DNA of 64,000 nucleotides. It comes from Adineta vaga. Its lineage: Eukaryota; Animalia; Rotifera. Positions within the stretch are counted from its first letter, which is position 1; each line of letters starts with the position of its first letter. Positions 56,449 through 64,000 of the stretch are shown here, piece after piece. The notes beneath the pieces are model-generated. The model ran no database searches and had not been told where the DNA came from. It saw only the letters and a program-made list of their open reading frames with translations. The stretch spans positions 7,874,001 to 7,938,000 of the forward strand of contig CP075493.1 of assembly GCA_021613535.1 (NCBI GenBank), read 5' to 3'. The translations under genes and the position numbers were made by a program.

Positions 56449-58164
56449 ATGTTAGCCTATCATGATGCATCGGCTGCATTCGGAGGAATTCGTCGAAATG
56501 ACTTGTCATCATCGGATAATTATGGAGGTTATCCCAAGCAGCGTCGTCAAAATGAACTTGATGAATTAGAAACATCGAAATTTCGGCAATGTTTGAAAAA
56601 GACAACCAAATTTCTTTTTTCACATATTGGTTTAGTTGGTCTTGTTGTTGTCTATGCTGTTGCTGGTGGATTTCTTTTTCAATTATTAGAAGAACGTCAA
56701 GAAAGATATAATTGTCAAGAAGCTTATGGCGATCAGATTGTTCAAATAACTAAATTGAAACAAAAATTAGTGAGCTATATTCAACATAATACAACATCAG
56801 CAGCAAGTTCAACTAATGGAAAAGATAATGCGACTATTGCTTTAGCAAAAATTGGTTCAATGCTATATGAATATCGTGAATTTGTTATTCATGCAAGTTC
56901 AAGATATCGATATTATGGAGATGATTGTACATTATCAAATAAATGGACTTTTGCGAATTCATTACTTTTTGCTATTACAATTATGACAACAATTGGTTAT
57001 GGTAATGTTACGTAAGTTGAATCATTTGAAAACACAAAAAAGAGAAAATAAAATTTCTGTTTTATTCTTTATTTTTGCTAGACCAACAACATGTAAGTTT
57101 AATAGAAAGTGGTTCTTCATCAATTTTAATATAAATTTTCTAGGGGAAGGTCAATTATGTTGTATCTGCTTTGCAACAATAGGTATACCAATTTTTCTTC
57201 TGTGTGTCGCAAATATAAGTGGGGTACTTGGTGAAATGTTTCGTTTTATATATGCAAAAATCATCTGTGCACCATGTACATTAATGAAACGACGTCGTGC
57301 AACAGCCCGTAAAGCTAAAGAAGAAGAAGAAAATGGCACAAGTACAAATCCTGTGGTATGGTCAGCTCAAGATGATATTAAGAAAAATTCAATAAAACCA
57401 CCAATCAATGCCACAGGCATTGCTAATGATGTGGATGATGATATTCAACGAGAAAATCAACGTGTTGCTGTACCATTAACAGTAACCATGGTTATCATTG
57501 CTGCTTATATTTGGATTGGTTCTGTCTTATTTCATAATTTTGAAGGATGGTCAATGACAGAAGCTGGCTATTTTTGTTTTATTACATTAGGTAAGATCAT
57601 TGAATGAATTTTATAATAAAAAATTTCGTTTTCTTTTATGTAGCAACTATTGGCTTTGGTGATTTTGTAAGTCATTGAAATAGAAGACAAAGAATAGGTT
57701 TGATTGAATAATAATTTTAGGTTCCTGGTCAACGTAAAGATGATCCAAATGCTAGTGCAAAACTTATTCTTGGAGCTATTTATGTTCTCTTTGGTATGGC
57801 CATCTTAGCTATGTGTTTTGATTTAATGCAAGAGGAAATTGTCGCTAAATTTCGTTGGATTGGAACAAAAGTTGGTATTATTGAAAATGAAGATGAAAAC
57901 AATAGTCAAATAGATCGTAATTCAGAAAAGCAAGATAAACGAAATTCAACAATATCTGTACCACATGATGATCCTAATGGTGGAATGATGACAAAACGTA
58001 CTATAATTGATGATGATGGCAATGATTTACCAAGAGATCATAGTTCAAGTTCAGCACGAAAAACAAGTCCAAGAAATAATATTGCTCGTGTTCATCCATT
58101 AGAAGAAAATACATCAAATGAAGCTACTCTTCATCAACGTATTGGTTCTTCAAAAGCAAGTTGA
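56449..58164 (+). CDS. Two-pore-domain (TWiK/K2P) potassium channel
   Basis: FLFSHIGL..YAVAGG; P1 TTIGYGNVTPTT; P2 YFCFITLATIGFGDFVPG; MAILAMCFDLMQEEI. Microexons 57082-57092 and 57644-57666. Confidence 0.93.
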
Positions 58165-58868
58165 GCTTAATCTGACTATGTCATACTAAATAAACAATCA
58201 TTTACACGATATTTTTATTATTTATTTCCATCTTATTTGTGTGAAAACATTAACATATTTTATCCCTTTTTCAACAAATAAAGGATCTTACAAGCTTATT
58301 ATTGTGATAGTTTTCTTTATTTATTAAGAAACATAGTCCAGATATTTCACTATGATCTGATCGAATGTCGACAGACAATTATGCCAAGTATATGTTACTA
58401 GAGATGAATGATTCATCGTTCATGGTAGTCGATAAAATCGATACTTGAAAATATCAGACAATAAAATACGGGAGTCTATAGTCTATGTTTGTTTTAAATA
58501 CCTATCATCTATGCAAATAAAACAGAATGTCTTGTTATATTGGCATAATTAAAACTAATATTCTATTTTCGTCACTAATCATATAAACTGAATAGCTTGG
58601 TATATTTTTTGTTGACAATTGAGAAGGACACGTGTACAATAATAAATAAATCTTGTGAGATCATTCAGAATATCTTTTTGAAGAGTTGCATATTGAAATT
58701 ATGACAGACTTTAGGAACATCGTCAATAAAATTCATATTATTACAAAGATTTATTGGTAAATTAGTTATCGTCAACATTTATGTCTAAGAAAAAAATACA
58801 TCTATATATACACACACAACGTTAGTCTACTACGATAAACAAATAAACAACACGCATCTATGATTAAT

Positions 58869-59669
58869 TCAATTCGCTTTTATTTCAGTGGAAAATCTTT
58901 TCGTCGGTATATGTTGATGATGAACATTAGTTTGAGTCAGAGAATCAATTGAATCATGTCGAAATTCATCGATAAGTTCATAGAATGAATTAACAAACCA
59001 TGGGGCACTATCACGTACTTTTTCTCGAGTAATATTTCCGCCAAAACCAATGAAACCATCAGCATTTGCTTCCATATCAGTTGCACCATCACCAATCATA
59101 ATTAAACGTTTATAATTATACTTCTTCTTCAAATATTCTACAACAAGTCCTTTACCACCAGAATCCGATGTCATTTCATTTTCATCAAAGCCAGCATATG
59201 ATCCATCTGGATTAAATAATAAACGATTAGCAAAGACATTTGCTACTGGAATATTCAATTGTTCAGCAACAGGATCAACAATCGAATGAAAACCACCTGT
59301 AATTAAATAGACAGGAATTTGACGTTCATGTAATACACTGATTAATTTACTAATTCCATCAGTTAATTCGGATGGATGATGAATCAGAAATTGTTGTAGA
59401 GATTGAAGTGTTGGTTTAATAAGATTGAGACGTGCTTGTAATGCTGTACGAAAACTCATATTTCCACCCATAGCATTACGTGTAATAGCTTCAACTAATG
59501 AGCCGACTTGTTGAAATTTAGCTAATTCATCAATAGCTTCGTCAGTACAAACAGTCGAATCAACATCAAAACAAACACAATCAGCATTTAACCATAATTT
59601 ACGTATTAATTCATTTGTATCTGCTGATTCGACAGCAGAAGTCTGCTCTGTTAAGCTACGTTGTGTCAT
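58869..59669 (-). CDS. PSPH: Phosphoserine phosphatase (HAD); intronless CDS
   Basis: VCFDVDSTV, EAIDELA, LITGGF, FANRLLF, MIGDGATDMEA, FIGFGGN. Confidence 0.95.
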   Translation of the reverse strand: MTQRSLTEQTSAVESADTNELIRKLWLNADCVCFDVDSTVCTDEAIDELAKFQQVGSLVEAITRNAMGGNMSFRTALQARLNLIKPTLQSLQQFLIHHPSELTDGISKLISVLHERQIPVYLITGGFHSIVDPVAEQLNIPVANVFANRLLFNPDGSYAGFDENEMTSDSGGKGLVVEYLKKKYNYKRLIMIGDGATDMEANADGFIGFGGNITREKVRDSAPWFVNSFYELIDEFRHDSIDSLTQTNVHHQHIPTKRFSTEIKAN

Positions 59670-60199
59670 TCGTATTGAATACTACGTTATTTTACAAAAA
59701 GAAAAACAACGCTGAAGAAAATGATCAGTATCTATGTAAATAAAATAAGTAGTCTTCTTGCAATTGTCAACAAACAGAACGGACGAGAATGAGAAGCAAG
59801 AGAGAGAGAGAGAAAAAGAAAAGAATGGTACGGTTATTTTTGCACCAATCATTTTCCAATAATCATATGACTATTACCATGTGGTAGCACATTGGATCAT
59901 ATTTAACAGAAAAAAAGAAAACAATTTATGACCTTCATTTCGCGGTCATATCATTTCGGATGATGTAACGATAGAATATTTTAATGAATTGTTTCGATGT
60001 TTGACAATTCTAGTATTTACTAACACATTGAAAACGTGAAACTCATTTTAATTCGACAATTCTTTAAGAAAAAATGACTGTATCATCAAATGTTTAGTAT
60101 ATATTGTTGTTTATTCTTTATGTAAAGAAAAGTCAGATTCATTTTCATGTGTTAATTATTATTTCGTTCATCTATCTATGATTTATTTCAAATAACAAT

Positions 60200-61051
60200 T
60201 CAGTCTGTTTGTTGATACGGCATGAATCCAATACATGATGAACTTGAACAGTGGCATGGTTTTGAAAATTTGTCATCAACTATCGTTCCATAACTGTAGG
60301 ATAATTCTTCATGTTCTTGAATTTCTCTTAGAGTAAAAAATGCTAAACGTGGTGGTGTTGGTTGATCGATTCGAATTGGTACGATATGTAAATTTGGATT
60401 ACAACTATGATTTATAAATCGTGTCCAATTACCATAATAACGTGCATCAATAAATGTTTTAATAATTGATTGAGAATGATGTTCATTGTAGAGTAATAAA
60501 TAATTATGTTCAAATGTTTTTGTTTGTGCAATTCGACGATGTGCTTCTTCTTCTGAAAGAACTTCACCAACATATTCACCAATATATGTTCCTGATCGCT
60601 GAATAGGCTTGTTAATAATAACACCATTACCTTTGTTTGATGTAGATATAATTTGAACATTTTTTGATTGATCTTCTTGTTGACTAACACGATTCTGGCA
60701 TGTTTCTAATAGACAATCACATTCAGAATTACACTCCAATACAGGACCTAATTTATTGGAATTTAAACAACAATTGGAATCATAATTGAGACCAAAACGA
60801 GTTGCACATGAACAATTCGTACATGTATCTTCCGATGAACATAAACATCCTTCATATTGTTCATCTTCTTCATTAGTCGTTTGAATTAAACAAGAATCGA
60901 TATACTATGTAGAAATTAATATTAGTTTGTTTCATTTTATTTTTGAAAAAAGTTTAACAGAAAAAGAAAAACCATTTCCTACCACAAATGGTGTTTTTTC
61001 ATTTAAAGCTGCTGCTGTTGTTATGGTTTGTTGTTCAATTGTAGTTGTCAT
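60200..61051 (-). CDS. Pre-SET/SET/post-SET lysine methyltransferase, SETMAR-like (no transposase), about 257 aa
   Basis: Exon 61051-60983, intron 60905-60982, exon 60904-60200. Motifs PFV|YID, GCLC, ECNSECDC, EYVGEV, RFINHSCNPN, EELSYSYG, CHCSSSSC. Confidence 0.88.
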
Positions 61052-61389
61052 GATGATAATGGTAGAGTAAATGAAATAGCGGTTAGATCATTCGTTCGAA
61101 TCAATGCCGTTGGCATAGAACCAATTGGTGTTTGTAAATCTTGTACTAAGATTTGAGAAAAATTTGAATCTATACTAAGACAATGAGTAGCTTTTAATGA
61201 TGATTCACGATGAAAATCAAGTTCAATTGGTGAAATAGTTTTATTTTTCTGAAGATATTCAAGAACATTTAAAAAATGTGAACGTAATTCAGCACGTTTT
61301 TCTTGTTTAGACGACGAATTTTCTGGAGCTTGAGTAGCTAATGCATGACGATATGCTGCAAGACCGTCATCATTATCAATATTTGACAT
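61048..61389 (-). CDS. GEMIN7: Gem-associated protein 7 (Sm-like fold, SMN complex)
   Basis: QEKRAELRSHFL...VQDLQTPIGSMPTALIRTNDL matches my recollection of the Gemin7 signature (EQ.ARA.LR..L; LQTPIG....ALLR.SD). Confidence 0.8.
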   Translation of the reverse strand: MSNIDNDDGLAAYRHALATQAPENSSSKQEKRAELRSHFLNVLEYLQKNKTISPIELDFHRESSLKATHCLSIDSNFSQILVQDLQTPIGSMPTALIRTNDLTAISFTLPLSS

Positions 61390-61480
61390 CTGAAATAAAG
61401 GAATATCTGTAACTTAATGAGTAAGCATACGTTTTTATTAGATTGAAAGTACAAGACTGAAAAGAATAGCTTCTGTTTAT

Positions 61481-62200
61481 TTAATACGGATGCATCGATG
61501 GTGGTTGATATCCTCCCGTATTTATACGTGAACAGGCATTCATATATTCATTAAAATCTAGAACTCCTGTTTGATTAGTATCGAAACGACGAAACGTTGC
61601 TTCAGATTCACGTTCAATATCCTGCCATGCCATGTTAAGTAATGAAGAAATAAAAAGTCTTCGAAAACCTTCACGATCAATTACACCATTTGGATTCGCA
61701 TAGTTATTAAATTCATATCGAAATCGTTCGACTTCTGGAATGGAAATTCCACTTTGATTAGAAATGGAAATATTGTTTTCATATACAGATGGATGCTGAT
61801 TATTTGAGAACAATGGTGCTGCTTGCGTTGGCTGCTGATTATTTGAGAACAATGGTGCTGCTTGCGTTGGCTGCTGTTGTGCATATTGTGGCGATGGTTG
61901 TTGCATATACTGCGGTTGTTGCATATACTGCGGTTGCTGCATATACTGTGGTTGTTGCTGCTGCATATATTGTGGTTGTTGCTGCATATATTGTGGTTGT
62001 TGCTGCATATACTGTGGTTGTTGCTGCATATACTGTGGTTGTTGCTGCATATATTGAGCTGGTTGTTGTACATATTGTGGTTGCTGTGCGTACTGAGGTT
62101 GTTGTTGAGCAATAGGTCGTTGCTGAGCAGCTGGAGCTCCTGTGCCTGGTTTTGGAGTTTTTGCGAACACTCCTTTTATTCTTTGAAAAAAAGTACTCAT
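61481..62200 (-). CDS. Gln/Pro/Tyr/Met-repeat low-complexity protein with C-terminal EF-hand pair
   Basis: (QPQYMQQ)n repeats; EF loops YANPNGVIDREGF (degenerate) and FDTNQTGVLDFNEY (canonical); intronless. Confidence 0.8.
   Translation of the reverse strand: MSTFFQRIKGVFAKTPKPGTGAPAAQQRPIAQQQPQYAQQPQYVQQPAQYMQQQPQYMQQQPQYMQQQPQYMQQQPQYMQQQQPQYMQQPQYMQQPQYMQQPSPQYAQQQPTQAAPLFSNNQQPTQAAPLFSNNQHPSVYENNISISNQSGISIPEVERFRYEFNNYANPNGVIDREGFRRLFISSLLNMAWQDIERESEATFRRFDTNQTGVLDFNEYMNACSRINTGGYQPPSMHPY
61796..62106 (-). repeat. Coding tandem repeats: 18-24-nt QPQYMQ(Q) units and a 39-nt duplication (QQPTQAAPLFSNN x2)
   Basis: Direct reading of the sequence. Confidence 0.9.
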
Positions 62201-63487
62201 AATTAGTGCGTATTAGGAAATATGTTTACGCTGTGAACCCCGATATCACCACGTGATTAACAATTGTTAGTGATAGTGTTTTTTTCATCTTACGTTGAGA
62301 TATATCATCCGTAACAGAGGATAAAAATGACTGTTCTGTTACAAGGTAAAACCTACTCACATGAAACTATTTTATGTTAGCGGTTTGCTACATATGCTCT
62401 AATCATTAACGATTAATTTCAATAAATTACTGAACAGAAAATAGCACGTAAAAAAATTCTGCACAGAGACAGAGCGCATGAATAATCCAACAATAAATGG
62501 TCATGCTGCTTAACAAATAGTAAAATTTTATTTATGAAACAAATCAGTGGTGTCATCTATTGACGAGTTAAATTCTTTTCGCAAACTTTATTAGTTCATT
62601 ATGAATAAAATTTAATAGTAGATATGCTCAAAGTTTGCAATGTATACTAATTAACTCGTTGCTACTTTTACGTTGACGTTTGATTTTCAGATTTGAATCC
62701 AAATTACTCTTTATCATAGTTTTGCATTTTTTAAGAATGGAACCATGTATTCAAATATAACTGAGAAAGTATAATGTATCCTAGTTTTATTAAAAACAAC
62801 TATCTGTCATCTCATAAGATCGCAACTAATATGTAGATCGAAATACATAGTATTTACTTTCTTTCGGATACTATCGTGTATCTTATTGTTTGACGGTTCA
62901 GTTGTATACGTACGAATAATTATGAGAAAATTGGAACAAATATAAAAATAAAACAAATAAGATTCAAAAAGTAAGTCATCGATAACAACTTATACAATGC
63001 TAATAAATACGATCAAAAGACATGTTTTAAGATACTAACTTTCTCTGTATACATGTATATAACTGGAAGAATTACTTTTGATTTTTGAATTTTCTCGGAA
63101 GATTTCTATATTAAATCGTTGATTTCTACAATAATCAATTGACAAAATATCTCTCAGTCAAAGTATGTTTTTGTATTCATTCGTAAGTTTCCGAGACTTC
63201 TATTGTATTTTCTATGATTTGGATCGATAGATGTCATGAGTGAGAAGTGCTTATTCTATTGATAGGTTAAATAAGAGAACGTTTTCATCCAAACAACATA
63301 AGATATTACTGTTCGCGTACTGTATGGACTTATCGATTGACATCATAGTTCATATAGATCAATTAGGCTAGTAGAATTTTAGATCCTATGAATCGATTAG
63401 AACTATCTAATTAATTATTTGGATAATATTGAGAAATATATTTGTTGAATTAATCCAAATTTGATATTTTATAATTTTAGAAGAAAT

Positions 63488-64000
63488 ATGAGTGATAGTG
63501 AAACAGAAACGCAATTACGGAAAGATTTTGTAGAATCATCATCATTTGATTCATTACCATTGAAAAAATGGTTGAAAGATCAATGTCGTCTACTTGGATT
63601 TGATAATCCAACTCCTGTTCAACATTCATGTATTCCACGTATTCTTGAAGGTATATTTAATTCTTTCTTTTATCGAAAATGTTTATTTTATTCTTATTCT
63701 TATTTGTAGGTCAAGATATTTTAGCATGTGCAAAAACTGGATCGGGTAAAACAGCAGCATTTGCTTTACCTATTCTCGATGTACTTAGTGATGATATCTA
63801 TGGTATTTTTGCACTGGTTCTTACACCGACACGGTATATTTTAGTGTAAAAGTAAAAATACATGTTGTTTTAATCTTTAACTAGAGAACTAGCATATCAA
63901 ATTGCTGATCAATTTCGAGTCTTTGGTAAACCATTAGGTTTAAAAGACTGTGTCATTACCGGTGGAATGGGTAAGTGAATATTCATTCTATTAATTTACT
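63488..64000 (+). CDS. DDX49: DEAD-box RNA helicase DDX49/Dbp8, 5' part (runs off the window)
   Basis: Q motif [40 protein letters not shown]|[28 protein letters not shown]. Confidence 0.9.

Noticed and set aside
58869-59669. Intronless PSPH as a horizontal transfer or retrocopy
   Set aside because: The motifs look like the ordinary eukaryotic PSPH type, and no poly(A) tract or target-site duplication is visible. Lack of introns alone is insufficient.
60200-61051. SETMAR as a transposase fusion or mobile element
   Set aside because: The protein stops right after post-SET. No mariner transposase or terminal inverted repeats are present.
61681-62206. Three extra ORFs overlapping the Q-rich gene; the repeat also resembles a CRISPR-like array
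   Set aside because: Shadow frames of a coding tandem repeat. There are no unique spacers or cas genes, and the context is eukaryotic.

Overview
AT-rich (roughly 30% GC by eye), gene-dense eukaryotic DNA with many GT-AG introns of about 45-80 nt. The genes are animal-type (Snail, bHLH, CaMKII, AKAP10, K2P channel). Together with a bacterial-like GH16-ricin gene and a Cys-less-type pentameric channel, this points to a bdelloid rotifer (inference, not proven). Gene order: pLGIC 3' end (+), LRWD1 (-), AKAP10 (-), GH16-ricin lectin (-), GCNT/GT14 (+), TRMT5 (-), formin (-) with upstream DEP-like exons, orphan 2-TM protein (+), Snail (+), PIG-M (+), hnRNP A/B (-), bHLH plus two short ORFs (-), Ack/PR2-like pseudokinase (+), small Cys-rich protein (+), UBL5 (-), CaMKII (+), CFAP20 (+), CTR1 (-), K2P channel (+), PSPH (-), SETMAR-like SET (-), Gemin7 (-), Q-rich EF-hand protein (-), DDX49 5' end (+). 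I recognised no RNA genes, CRISPR arrays or intact transposons. The best lead is an operon-like minus-strand unit. The Gemin7 ATG lies 91 nt after the EF-hand gene stop, directly behind a TTTCAG acceptor. The Gemin7 stop then overlaps the only usable start codon of the SET methyltransferase gene (ATGA). Other leads are a catalytically degenerate GH16-ricin protein of probable horizontal origin, an Ack-like pseudokinase, a duplicated DEP-like module at the formin locus, a candidate 3'UTR intron in hnRNP A, and a candidate CaMKII hub microexon. All exon models were read by hand; none was checked against transcripts or databases.
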